DNA of 64,000 bases, from positions 49,295-113,294 of IMG/VR virus record IMGVR_UViG_3300025010_000004. One strand, given 5' to 3'. A model generated the notes under the pieces. The model was not told the DNA's origin and searched no databases. It was given only the letters and a program-made list of their open reading frames with translations. Of the stretch, positions 8,889 through 17,707 are shown one piece after another. This DNA is from a virus. Made by a program: the position numbers and the translations under genes. How positions within the stretch are numbered: position 1 is the stretch's first letter; each line of letters begins with the position of its first letter.

Positions 8889-9977
8889 TTATTCTTTCGC
8901 TTTTATATTTAGCACAGGTTTTATGAAATCAACTACATCAATAGTAATACCCTCCTGCGCCTTCATGACGTAGTTAATGTCTTTGTATGCCTCTGGAGCC
9001 TCATCTAGTATGCTCCTATCTGTGGAACAAACAACGCCTTCCATCTGGCCTACGAATTTATCGTAGTCAAGATTCTTCTTGGCGGCGTTTCTGCCCATAG
9101 TTCGTCCACACCCGTGAGACGCCGATGAAAGAAACTTTTCATTACCAAGTCCTTTGGTGATGTACACACCATCCCTCATATTAGCAGGAATTATGCCAAG
9201 TTGATGTGCGTCGGCTGGCGTAGCACCTTTTCGGTGCAGCACTCCTTCTTTTGTAATAATTGCGTGGTTATGGTTTTCGTTAATTAGAAGATTGCTCTTG
9301 TATGTGACACCGAGAATCTTACATATTTTGTTTATCATTTTTAACCTGTTATATAACGCCCACTCTAACGCAAAATTCATATCCCCTAAGTAGGACAACC
9401 CAAGGTCTGATAATAAAGGAAACATTCTTCCTTGTTTCATGTACCACCCGCCTATTGTATGCCCAACGTTACGACTTCCTGAATGAATAGTCACACAATA
9501 CGTGCCAGTATTTTGGCTTATCCCTATCTCTATGAAGTGATTGCCCCCTCCTAGAGTACCTAGCTGCATAACAGATTTTTCTTTTACTCTCTGTTTCACT
9601 TCTTTAGGCATGTGAGAGTGGATAACATATTCAAAATGATAGTCTGACTTATCAAGAGATGAAAATCCAGTAGGGATGGTTTTAACTATATCATCGTATA
9701 ACTGTTTAAGGTTATCCTTTGATAGCTCATACTGAGGTATGTTTGTGTCAACCGAGCACATACCACATCCCACGTCGAAGCCTACGAAGCTAGGAGAGAT
9801 CATGCCGTCAAGCAAGGCCACTCCGCCGATTGGAAGATCATAACCAGCGTGAACGTCAGGCATAATAGCCAATTTTTTAAGACATTCCAATGAAAGAACG
9901 TCATAAATCTGCTGCTGCGCTGACTGCTCTATTTCTTCCATCGGCACCATAGACTGTAGTTTGTCAAGCTTGCTCAT
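8889..9977 (-). CDS. rtcB: RtcB RNA ligase
   Basis: MPDVHAG, VGFDVGCG, GTLGGGNHFIE, HSGSR, HNHA, HRKGAT, SASHGCGR, DEAPEAYKDI. Confidence 0.95.
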   Translation of the reverse strand: MSKLDKLQSMVPMEEIEQSAQQQIYDVLSLECLKKLAIMPDVHAGYDLPIGGVALLDGMISPSFVGFDVGCGMCSVDTNIPQYELSKDNLKQLYDDIVKTIPTGFSSLDKSDYHFEYVIHSHMPKEVKQRVKEKSVMQLGTLGGGNHFIEIGISQNTGTYCVTIHSGSRNVGHTIGGWYMKQGRMFPLLSDLGLSYLGDMNFALEWALYNRLKMINKICKILGVTYKSNLLINENHNHAIITKEGVLHRKGATPADAHQLGIIPANMRDGVYITKGLGNEKFLSSASHGCGRTMGRNAAKKNLDYDKFVGQMEGVVCSTDRSILDEAPEAYKDINYVMKAQEGITIDVVDFIKPVLNIKAKE

Positions 9978-9987
9978 ATAATCTCCT

Positions 9988-10338
9988 TTACTCCTTGAAA
10001 TATTCGTTGTATGCTTCTACTGCGGCTTTGATTCTGGGCCAGTCTTCCGAATAAATATCGAAAGTATGATAGTTTTGTATTGCAGACCCTCGCAGGTAGC
10101 ATGTTAAAGTTGTTCGCCTAGCATGACTTACTACTTTTTGGGTGTGCGGAATATTCCCAGCGTGTGATACTAGGCGCACTCCGTTATGACAGAAGTCTAC
10201 CGCTTGTTGTATTTGTACTACCTTTGGCAACTTTAAATCCCCAAAATCAGTATGAAAATGAGTTTGCTCAAGTATAGTTACAGCAGCCGCAGTCCTATCC
10301 TCAGACAAAACACATTTAAGTTTTATATGTTTAGGCAT
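9988..10338 (-). CDS. EQTH-family paralog 7
   Basis: KHIKL..VTILEQTHF..LRG..WPRIKAAVEAYNEYFKE. Confidence 0.85.
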   Translation of the reverse strand: MPKHIKLKCVLSEDRTAAAVTILEQTHFHTDFGDLKLPKVVQIQQAVDFCHNGVRLVSHAGNIPHTQKVVSHARRTTLTCYLRGSAIQNYHTFDIYSEDWPRIKAAVEAYNEYFKE

Positions 10339-10340
10339 AG

Positions 10341-10676
10341 TTACTCCTTGAAATATTCGTTGTAGGCTTTAACGGCCTCCTTAATTAAAGGCCACATGTC
10401 GGCAGGTACGTCGAACGCTACGTTTTTTCTACTACTGGATATTAACCTAACATCAACTTGCCCGTCAGTCTTGTTTCGTCCGTCAAAGTTAGGATAATTA
10501 TGCGTAGCAGAGAACAGGTCAATAACTCCGTGTCTGAATACTCTGCTATGCATTCTACCGGAAATATTTCCTCCAAACTCATCATCAAAATGTGTCTGTT
10601 CAAGTATAGTCACGGATGCGGTTTGTTTGTTTTTAGATAGTATGGCGGATAATTTAAGGTGTTTATGCATATTCAC
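10341..10676 (-). CDS. EQTH-family paralog 8
   Basis: KHLKL..VTILEQTHF..WPLIKEAVKAYNEYFKE; last 21 nt identical to the neighbouring paralog. Confidence 0.85.
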   Translation of the reverse strand: MNMHKHLKLSAILSKNKQTASVTILEQTHFDDEFGGNISGRMHSRVFRHGVIDLFSATHNYPNFDGRNKTDGQVDVRLISSSRKNVAFDVPADMWPLIKEAVKAYNEYFKE

Positions 10677-11004
10677 CCCTTCAACACATCTTTGTCATCA
10701 ACCCACACGTAGCCGGTAGCCAACTTGACTAAAGTTTTTCTGGCTACCCGCTCATAGACCGCGCCTTTAACCCCAAGCGTAGGAATGAACACCTCTTCGC
10801 GTTGCTTGATTATATTGGCAGATTTCCTATATCTTTTGGTTTCGGATTTCATTTATCGTACCTCCCGAATCCCTTGCCTTTACGGGCCTGTTTCCGGTCT
10901 ATCTTAAAGCCCTTGTCTTTTTCAACCTTCACGCCCTTTGTAGGAATCTTGCCGGACTTGATCTTCTCGAAGTTATTAGCGGATTGAGCCATTCGTAGTC
11001 TCCT

Positions 11005-11193
11005 TTACTTGGTAGCTTTCAGTAAGGTGTTGGTGTGGAGTCTTCTGCAGTAGCCGTAAGTCTCTCTGCGGCTGTATGAAACCCAAGCTAAACAAAACTT
11101 GGTCGCACAAAGGTTTCTATTTCCGTCTTCGTTTGATATTCCTACTCCGAAAGGACAGCGTAGTTTTACAGCTTCTTCTTCCAGAATTCGCAT
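11005..11193 (-). CDS. small Cys-rich hypothetical protein
   Basis: CPF..C...C.AW..GYC; AAAGGAG RBS. Confidence 0.6.
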   Translation of the reverse strand: MRILEEEAVKLRCPFGVGISNEDGNRNLCATKFCLAWVSYSRRETYGYCRRLHTNTLLKATK

Positions 11194-11292
11194 TATTAAT
11201 GTCTCCTTTGAATGCGGTTGATATTACTTTGGCGTAGTATAAAGCATTTTTAAATGAGTCACCTAGCAGCCAATATTTTATAGTCAGTAGTA

Positions 11293-12639
11293 TCACTTTA
11301 ACGCCGCCTTCATTCTTGCGACGGCCTCTTTCTTTCCAAGGACGTGCATTACATTTACTACAGGAGGCGAAGCTGTTTTACCTGTGAGAGCCATGCGTAT
11401 TTGCGGTCCGAGTTCTTTTAGCGTTACGTTATGTTTTTTACAGCCGTGGCTAATGGCCTCTTCTATATCTTCTATAGAATAGGTCTTTTTCTTCTCAAGT
11501 ATTTCCACTATGGAACCTACTGAATGATCGGCCCTTACCGCTTTAGGCTTTTTGTAATACACCTCAGCCATTTCTGCAATCTCAATTAAAGTCTTTGCCC
11601 TCGGCTGCAACAACTTCACAACCTCAATAATATCAGGGCCTTTGTCAGTTTTGTAGTGCATGAACGGCTTGGCTTGTTCCGCTATTCTCTTGGGATCGCC
11701 GTTCTTAATCCAATGCGCGTTAATGTGCAGCATTTTGTTCGGATCAAGACACCCTGGCGCTCTACCTACCGAATTAAGCGAGAACTTTTGTATCAGGTCG
11801 TCCATTGAGAATATTTCTTCATTCTTGTAGCTCCAGCCTACACGGGCAAGCCCATTGACAACAGCCTCCGGAAGAAAACCTTTATCCCTGTAGTCAAGGA
11901 CAGAAGCATCACCGTTTCTCTTACTGAGTTTTTCGCCTTTATCATTAAGGATGAACGGGGTGTGGGCATATTCAGGAACCGGAAAGCCAAGCGCCTGATA
12001 CAGCATAGTCTGGGCTGGCACGTTGCCTACTCCGTCAACGCCTCGGACAATATGTGTAACACCCTGTAGGGCATCATCAACCATATTTGCAAGGAGGTAT
12101 CCTACGCTTCCGTCCTGCCGTTGGATTACGAAGTCGCTGATCTCGCTGTTCTTCACGCTGATCTTTCCGAGAACATGATCTTTCCATTCTACGCGGCCCT
12201 GGTCTTGGGTCTTAAACCGTATGACGAATGGCTTTCCTTCTTGCTCTGGCTTTTCATAGCAGGTTCTATCGTAGAGGGGCTTTTGCTTGTTCCTCAGCAT
12301 TTCATCCCTTTTTGCTGTGAGTTCTTCTGCCGTGCAGTAACACTTGTAGGCTTTTTTCTCTTTCAGGAGTTTATCTACGTATTCCTTGTAGATGTGACCT
12401 CGTTCGCTTTGGTAGATTATTTCTACGTCACTTTTGATGCCAAGCCAGTTGAGCCCTTCTAAAATGTTGTCTGCGAACTCTTGGGTAGATCTTGAAAAAT
12501 CGGTATTCTCAATACGCACGATAAAAGTTCCTTTATGTTGCCTAGCAAAAATATAATTATGCAAACTCTGGCGGGCCATCCCACAGTGCCCTGGGCCGGT
12601 GTTAGATGGTGCTACGCGGCATACAATAGGTTTAGTCAT
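11293..12639 (-). CDS. gltX: glutamate--tRNA ligase (divergent)
   Basis: RVAPSNTG.HCGM, RIENTD, YQSER, AYKCYC..YDRTC, VDD..HIVRG, KLSKR, anticodon domain IRMALTG...P; start at MTKPIV. Confidence 0.92.
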   Translation of the reverse strand: MTKPIVCRVAPSNTGPGHCGMARQSLHNYIFARQHKGTFIVRIENTDFSRSTQEFADNILEGLNWLGIKSDVEIIYQSERGHIYKEYVDKLLKEKKAYKCYCTAEELTAKRDEMLRNKQKPLYDRTCYEKPEQEGKPFVIRFKTQDQGRVEWKDHVLGKISVKNSEISDFVIQRQDGSVGYLLANMVDDALQGVTHIVRGVDGVGNVPAQTMLYQALGFPVPEYAHTPFILNDKGEKLSKRNGDASVLDYRDKGFLPEAVVNGLARVGWSYKNEEIFSMDDLIQKFSLNSVGRAPGCLDPNKMLHINAHWIKNGDPKRIAEQAKPFMHYKTDKGPDIIEVVKLLQPRAKTLIEIAEMAEVYYKKPKAVRADHSVGSIVEILEKKKTYSIEDIEEAISHGCKKHNVTLKELGPQIRMALTGKTASPPVVNVMHVLGKKEAVARMKAALK

Positions 12640-12669
12640 AATTAAATTCTCCTTTGTGTTAGTTTGTAA

Positions 12670-12685
12670 GTAGAACATTTTCTAC
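12670..12685. promoter_or_regulatory. GTAGAA-N4-TTCTAC palindrome
   Basis: AA-GTAGAACATTTTCTAC-TT upstream of gltX RBS. Confidence 0.75.
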
Positions 12686-12693
12686 TTTTTAGT

Positions 12694-12723
12694 TAATAAA
12701 AAATGCTTATATTCGGTATATAA
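12694..12723 (+). promoter_or_regulatory. putative phage late promoter
   Basis: TAATAAAA-N14-GTATATAA, same spacing as 3 late-region copies. Confidence 0.7.
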
Positions 12724-12774
12724 TACATATAGGAGCAGTTGGATTCGGCTCAAATAACTTATACTGGAGACGCG

Positions 12775-14031
12775 ATGAACCATTTTTACGTTTACTGCTA
12801 CACAAACCCAACAAAACCTGGAAGGTTCACTTTCCCTAATACAAATCTTTCTTTTCTATATGAACCTTTTTACATCGGTAAAGGTGCTTTAGATAGGATG
12901 TATAATCATGTTAATGAGTCAATTAAAAAGAAAAATAAAACATGGAAAAATAAAACAATTTTATCTATATTAGAATCTGGGTACAATCCTAAAGACTTTG
13001 CATTTAAGCTGGCTGTACAATTAACAGAGGAGGAGGCATACTCAGTAGAGGAAACGTTAATAGCCACTATCGGCAGGCTGTCTACTAGAAAAGGCCCACT
13101 ACTTAATATACGAACTGGCGGGTTAGGGAGTAGTAATAAAAGTTATTGGAAAACAACTAATAAACTAACCCCAATACAAGAATACGAATGTGTATCTTTA
13201 TACTTAAATGGTGAATCTATTAGTACATTATCAGCTAGGTTTGGGTTATTTAAAACCGCCATCCGAGGTATATTACTACGGCACGATGTAACAATAGTAC
13301 GTAAACCCACAGAAAAAAGAAGCAAGACTTTAAGTCTCATCCCAAATATTCTAGAAGACTACGAAAACGGTATGTCATCTATAAAAATAGGACAAAAATA
13401 CTGTATATCAAAACGCACTGTATTATCAGAGCTTAGGAAAGCAGGAGTAACTATGAAAGAGCCTGCTTTCTATAAGACTATAAAAGATGAAGATGTACCT
13501 AATATAAGAGCCGCCTTTTTACGTGGAGAACGTGTAGAAGCTTTGGCCAAAAAATATAAAGTATCCACTAATACTATAAATAGGGCTATTCGTTATAATG
13601 AAGTAGTAACAGCAACTGGAAAATTAAAAATTAAAACTAACATTACCAGGCATAACCTGCTTAAAAAACTAACCGAAGACCAAGAATATCAACTAGGTCA
13701 AGACTACATAGCTGGTATGTCATCTAGTGAATTAGCAGCAAAGTATAACGTTTTCTACACAACAGCCCTAGCAATTTTGAAACGACTCAACATACAAACT
13801 AGGCCTAGTTCAACACCAGACAAAACAACAATTGACCTAACACCAGAAGTTATAGAAATGTACCAGTCAGGACTAAGCTCTCTCGATATATTCAGAAAGT
13901 TGCCAGTAAGTCGCAACACAATTTTACGCATTCTTCACAGAAATAATGTACCACTTAGGCAAAGTGGAAAGCAGCCTACTAAGGTTATAGGTAGTAGTGA
14001 TGCAGAAGAACTTGATGCTATGATGCAATAG
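12775..14031 (+). CDS. GIY-YIG-like free-standing homing endonuclease with several C-terminal HTH-like repeats
   Basis: FYVYCY..PFYIGKG..R..H..E..LI..IGR..GPLLN; repeated Y..G.S...(L/I)..KY; opposite strand, AT-rich. Confidence 0.8.
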   Translation: MNHFYVYCYTNPTKPGRFTFPNTNLSFLYEPFYIGKGALDRMYNHVNESIKKKNKTWKNKTILSILESGYNPKDFAFKLAVQLTEEEAYSVEETLIATIGRLSTRKGPLLNIRTGGLGSSNKSYWKTTNKLTPIQEYECVSLYLNGESISTLSARFGLFKTAIRGILLRHDVTIVRKPTEKRSKTLSLIPNILEDYENGMSSIKIGQKYCISKRTVLSELRKAGVTMKEPAFYKTIKDEDVPNIRAAFLRGERVEALAKKYKVSTNTINRAIRYNEVVTATGKLKIKTNITRHNLLKKLTEDQEYQLGQDYIAGMSSSELAAKYNVFYTTALAILKRLNIQTRPSSTPDKTTIDLTPEVIEMYQSGLSSLDIFRKLPVSRNTILRILHRNNVPLRQSGKQPTKVIGSSDAEELDAMMQ

Positions 14032-14050
14032 TAATAGCCTGTATTGAAAC

Positions 14051-14083
14051 AGGGAAGGCTAGCCATAAACACAAGCCTTCCCT
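14051..14083. terminator. terminator between convergent genes
   Basis: AGGGAAGGCT...AGCCTTCCCT. Confidence 0.6.
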
Positions 14084-14115
14084 TCTTCTAACAGTCTACA
14101 ACGGTAGTTACATTT

Positions 14116-14781
14116 TTATCCGATCACAACAGCACAGGCGTCCACCGGTACTTCTATTGCTTTTGCAGGCGCAGCACATTTCTTCGATGCAGCGTAAACT
14201 TCGTTGTATTCTTTGACTGCATCTGCGAGCTTCTTGAAAGTGGCCGCAGGAACACGCATGACGTTGTTGTCCGAGCGGTTATCGGTTCCTCGCAGATATA
14301 GTTCGTTATGACCTATGCTGTAAAACGCTGGAGATGTATCGCTCAAAAGCTTGAACCCATTCGAGGCCACAAAATAGTTTGCATTTTCAGAAAAATCTTT
14401 TCGAATGTGCGTCTGCTCAAGAACCTGAACATCCACAAACTGAAAGTCGGGGCCAACCGGAGTGCCGGAGATCTTGATGTGGCGCGGGTCGAAGGAGAAG
14501 AAGGCGTTGTAGGCTTCGACGGCAGCTTTGATCTTGACGTATGTAGCAACTGGTACGGCTATGGTTCGGTGGTCCAGATCGCGCCGAGTTCCACGTACAT
14601 ACAGAAGACCCCCATAGAGAGCCAAAGCCCCTTGACTACTAAGAGTGAACCCATCGTGCTTGAATTCCTCACCACAAGTACCGAATTCAGCTCCCCTGTG
14701 GCTCTGCTCAACAATTCCTATCTCTACTGTCTGAAAATCCGGCCCGATAGGTTTCACACTCAGTTTGATACTTTTCTTCAT
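14116..14781 (-). CDS. EQTH-family paralog 9, two tandem domains + CxVIIG tail
   Basis: P(I/V)GPDFQ.V...EQ(S/T)H..RGT..AV..YN twice; ends VDACAVVIG*. Confidence 0.85.
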   Translation of the reverse strand: MKKSIKLSVKPIGPDFQTVEIGIVEQSHRGAEFGTCGEEFKHDGFTLSSQGALALYGGLLYVRGTRRDLDHRTIAVPVATYVKIKAAVEAYNAFFSFDPRHIKISGTPVGPDFQFVDVQVLEQTHIRKDFSENANYFVASNGFKLLSDTSPAFYSIGHNELYLRGTDNRSDNNVMRVPAATFKKLADAVKEYNEVYAASKKCAAPAKAIEVPVDACAVVIG

Positions 14782-14821
14782 TTGTTACCTCCTTTGTTGT
14801 GGTTGTGTTGCAAATTGAGAA

Positions 14822-14837
14822 GTAGAACTTGTTCTAC
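14822..14837. promoter_or_regulatory. GTAGAA-N4-TTCTAC palindrome
   Basis: GTAGAACTTGTTCTAC, 2 bp after a stop codon. Confidence 0.8.
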
Positions 14838-14839
14838 TT

Positions 14840-15115
14840 TCACAGACTTATCAGTATACTCTTGCCGCGTTTGCGAATAGAAACCTCATAATTATCTTCT
14901 TTTTCTTGGGCGGAAATAAGAGAATCTCCATACCATACACAATATTTTTCATCACATTTAGCATCGTCTGGGAGCAGCCATATGGCCAAACGCTCTTCTG
15001 AGGTCTGCAGTTCGCGTAGGGCTTTTTCCAAGTCGGCGCGTACTAATTCCACCCTTTTCTTTGCGGCCAGCCACGTCTTTACAAGTTCTTCACCTTTACT
15101 TGTTAGATCAGACAT
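14840..15115 (-). CDS. hypothetical protein
   Basis: 91 aa, GGAGG RBS, N-terminal coiled coil. Confidence 0.7.
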   Translation of the reverse strand: MSDLTSKGEELVKTWLAAKKRVELVRADLEKALRELQTSEERLAIWLLPDDAKCDEKYCVWYGDSLISAQEKEDNYEVSIRKRGKSILISL

Positions 15116-15190
15116 TTATTCCTCCAAGCTTGAATTAAGTAGCAACCTCTATTGAAAGCATAAGCCAACGCCGGTGCTTCTAAGAACCTA

Positions 15191-15718
15191 TCACCAGTCG
15201 CCTCCGCCTCCGCCACCTCCGAAATCTCCACCGCCTCCGCCGAAGTCGCTACCGCTGCTACTTCCACTGTCTCCTCCACCGCCGAACATCGAGCCTAGCG
15301 CAAATCCTGCTGCAGCAGCAAGGATAGAGTCGCCTGTTTCGCTGTGGCTGCGTTTGTGTTTACGTGCTTCCTCTTCCTCGCGCTCTTTTCGACGCTGTGT
15401 AGGCGACTTTGTTTCAGCCGGAGTAGGCCTTGGTGTAGGTGGTTGTTTATACATAGGAGTTGGGTTGGAAAAATTACCAGCAACATACCCGGCTGTAGCA
15501 ACTCCTAACGGAGCGTAGTTAGCTCCATTACGCTCGTTGTAGCTCTTTACTTCACTTCGGTAAGCAGCCACCTCAGCTAAGCGCCTTTCTTCGTCCTTCC
15601 GGCTCTGTTCGGCTTTTCTGCGTCTTCGGTTTCGTATAGCCAGAGCTATGGAAAGCCCGACGAAGAACACAAAAGCTACTACGAAAACAAGAATACAAAC
15701 TCTTGCAAGTGCATCCAT
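15191..15718 (-). CDS. membrane protein with Gly-rich C-terminus (resembles the C-terminal half of TPM proteins)
   Basis: N-terminal TM + RRRRK, ends GGGGGDFGGGGGGGDW. Confidence 0.75.
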   Translation of the reverse strand: MDALARVCILVFVVAFVFFVGLSIALAIRNRRRRKAEQSRKDEERRLAEVAAYRSEVKSYNERNGANYAPLGVATAGYVAGNFSNPTPMYKQPPTPRPTPAETKSPTQRRKEREEEEARKHKRSHSETGDSILAAAAGFALGSMFGGGGDSGSSSGSDFGGGGGDFGGGGGGGDW

Positions 15719-15733
15719 TTCGCCTTCTCCTTT

Positions 15734-16327
15734 CTATTTAATAGTGTTTAGTACTGCGTCAACGGCATCAACGAACCCTTTGTCGAAGTTGCCTTCCTTA
15801 AACGCAATGCGCATTTTGTCTCTGACTATCTTACCGGCGGCAATATCGGTTAGCTTCTCTTCCAATCCACGGCCAACCTCAATCCTCATTTTACGATCAC
15901 CGCGAGATGCAAAGATAAGCACACCATCGTCTTTGCCTGACTTGCCCAACTTCCACGTTTCGCATACCGTCATTGTGTACGACTCAATATCAGAGTCGTT
16001 CAGGGACGGTATCGTAAGAATGGCTATTTGTGGGCCTCCACTTTTTAAGGTAGAGATGAGCAGTCTGTTCAACTGGTTTTTAGCCGAGTCAGAAATCATC
16101 CCGGCATAGTCATTGACCGGAGCTTTTAGCTCAGGTATTACCGCCTTGTTGACGGGAGTTGTGTCACTGCACCCGGCTGCCATTCCTAAGGCAAAGATAA
16201 CTAACGCCAATGCTATTGGGGCTAATGCTTCCTTTAACCTGTACAAGCGATAACTGCAGGAGTACCCTGGCTGCCACACTTCTCGCAACCCACCTAGCCA
16301 GTATTGCAGGCGTTCTTTCATGCACAT
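15734..16327 (-). CDS. TPM-domain (YgcG-like) protein
   Basis: VNDYAGMIS, QIAILTIPSL...IE.Y, WKLG..GKDDGVL, RKMRIEVGRGLE..LTD. Confidence 0.9.
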   Translation of the reverse strand: MCMKERLQYWLGGLREVWQPGYSCSYRLYRLKEALAPIALALVIFALGMAAGCSDTTPVNKAVIPELKAPVNDYAGMISDSAKNQLNRLLISTLKSGGPQIAILTIPSLNDSDIESYTMTVCETWKLGKSGKDDGVLIFASRGDRKMRIEVGRGLEEKLTDIAAGKIVRDKMRIAFKEGNFDKGFVDAVDAVLNTIK

Positions 16328-16332
16328 CTCCT

Positions 16333-16956
16333 TTACGGTTTATTGTTTGATGGAGCTGCGCCACTGAAGCTGACTTTGGGCGCAATCTTCGCTCCCTCGT
16401 CAGACTTGAACGGTGTCTTCTTTTCCAGGTTAAGCAGGAGCGAGTTTGTAATTGAATTTGGGAACGTTCGTATCATGGTGTTGAATTCAGCCACTACTTT
16501 GTTGTAGCGCACACGTTCCGTGTTTATCCGGTTCTCGGTTCCCTCCAATTGGCTTTGCAGATTCATAAAACTTTCATTGGCCTTGAGGTCGGGGTATTTT
16601 TCAGTTACCATCATAAGCCGAGACAAGGCGGAGCCGATTGTTTGTTGCTGCGCCTGGAACTTGGCCATTTGCGCTGCATCCTGAAGACCTTTAGGATCAA
16701 GTTTGATTTGACCTACCGAGGCGCGTGCTTGAGCAACCTGTGTAAAGGTTTCTTTTTCGTGGGCAGCGTAGCCCTTTACGACCTCTACGAGGCTGGGGAT
16801 GAGATCTGCACGCCGTTGATAAGCAGCCTCAACATCGGCCCACTTGGCAAACACTTGCTCTTCCTTCGCTTGGATGGAGTTGTAGCCGCACCCGCTGTTA
16901 ATCAACATGAACGCCGCCATTGCCAACATCAGCCCTACTCTTACGAAACTCTTCAT
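16333..16956 (-). CDS. lemA: LemA family protein
   Basis: GCGYN, W..VE..YQRRADLIPSLV..VKGYA.HE, E.YPDLKAN..F..LQ.QLEGTENRI..R..YN. Confidence 0.95.
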   Translation of the reverse strand: MKSFVRVGLMLAMAAFMLINSGCGYNSIQAKEEQVFAKWADVEAAYQRRADLIPSLVEVVKGYAAHEKETFTQVAQARASVGQIKLDPKGLQDAAQMAKFQAQQQTIGSALSRLMMVTEKYPDLKANESFMNLQSQLEGTENRINTERVRYNKVVAEFNTMIRTFPNSITNSLLLNLEKKTPFKSDEGAKIAPKVSFSGAAPSNNKP

Positions 16957-16978
16957 TTGTTCCTCCTTTGGTGTGATA

Positions 16979-16994
16979 GTAGAACAAGTTCTAC
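16979..16994. promoter_or_regulatory. GTAGAA-N4-TTCTAC palindrome
   Basis: GTAGAACAAGTTCTAC upstream of lemA RBS. Confidence 0.8.
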
Positions 16995-17004
16995 TTGGTT
17001 AAGG

Positions 17005-17331
17005 TTAACGCATGCGATGCATCTCATCAAGGTCAACGTACAGTACGTCGCCTTCGTTACCAAAAAGTCCAAAAATGTTTATTCGTTCTTCTGTTGACAC
17101 CACCTCAAGCATGGCCCAGTCATTGCTGTAGGTCGCAGACGCTCCTTGTTCTCTGCTTCTGTTTTTCTCGTCCCTACCCCCGTAATACTGCTTGACTATT
17201 ACTACTTCGTCAAGCCCTACATGTGGGTTGTTTTGGTACTTAACGAACTGTGGCACAACAATCGCTAGTATCATACCAACAATTGCTACCACAATAAGCA
17301 ACTCTATCAACGTAAATCCACGCGATTTCAT
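17005..17331 (-). CDS. type IV pilin-like protein (prepilin N-methylation motif)
   Basis: MKSRG|FTLIELLIVVAIVGMILAIVVPQF. Confidence 0.88.
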   Translation of the reverse strand: MKSRGFTLIELLIVVAIVGMILAIVVPQFVKYQNNPHVGLDEVVIVKQYYGGRDEKNRSREQGASATYSNDWAMLEVVSTEERINIFGLFGNEGDVLYVDLDEMHRMR

Positions 17332-17500
17332 TTTACCTCCTTTAACTCATTATTTTGTATCTTCCACCAAAGTTTATGTGCATAGCTGTTATGGGCGGAT
17401 TAGGCAAAGGCTTTCCACAAACCACACACTTAGGAATTTTGTAAAGGTTCAATACTTCCGCCGGAATGTACTTGCATATATGCTTAGCAAAAGTCATACG

Positions 17501-17695
17501 TCACCAGAACTTATGCAAGAAGTGAAACACTACGTAGGGAATGTAGCCTGCCCATAACACACACCCTAACCCAGTGACAGCAGCCGCTATTACTAAGAGT
17601 AGTATAACAATGTTCCTGTGAGGAAGCACACAAGAGGCTGTTATGACAAGACCAAACGCTATGAACATGTAAAGTATACAAGGATCAACAGACAT
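17501..17695 (-). CDS. small membrane protein
   Basis: Two hydrophobic segments, AAGGAG RBS. Confidence 0.6.
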   Translation of the reverse strand: MSVDPCILYMFIAFGLVITASCVLPHRNIVILLLVIAAAVTGLGCVLWAGYIPYVVFHFLHKFW

Positions 17696-17707
17696 ATTGG
17701 TTTCTCC

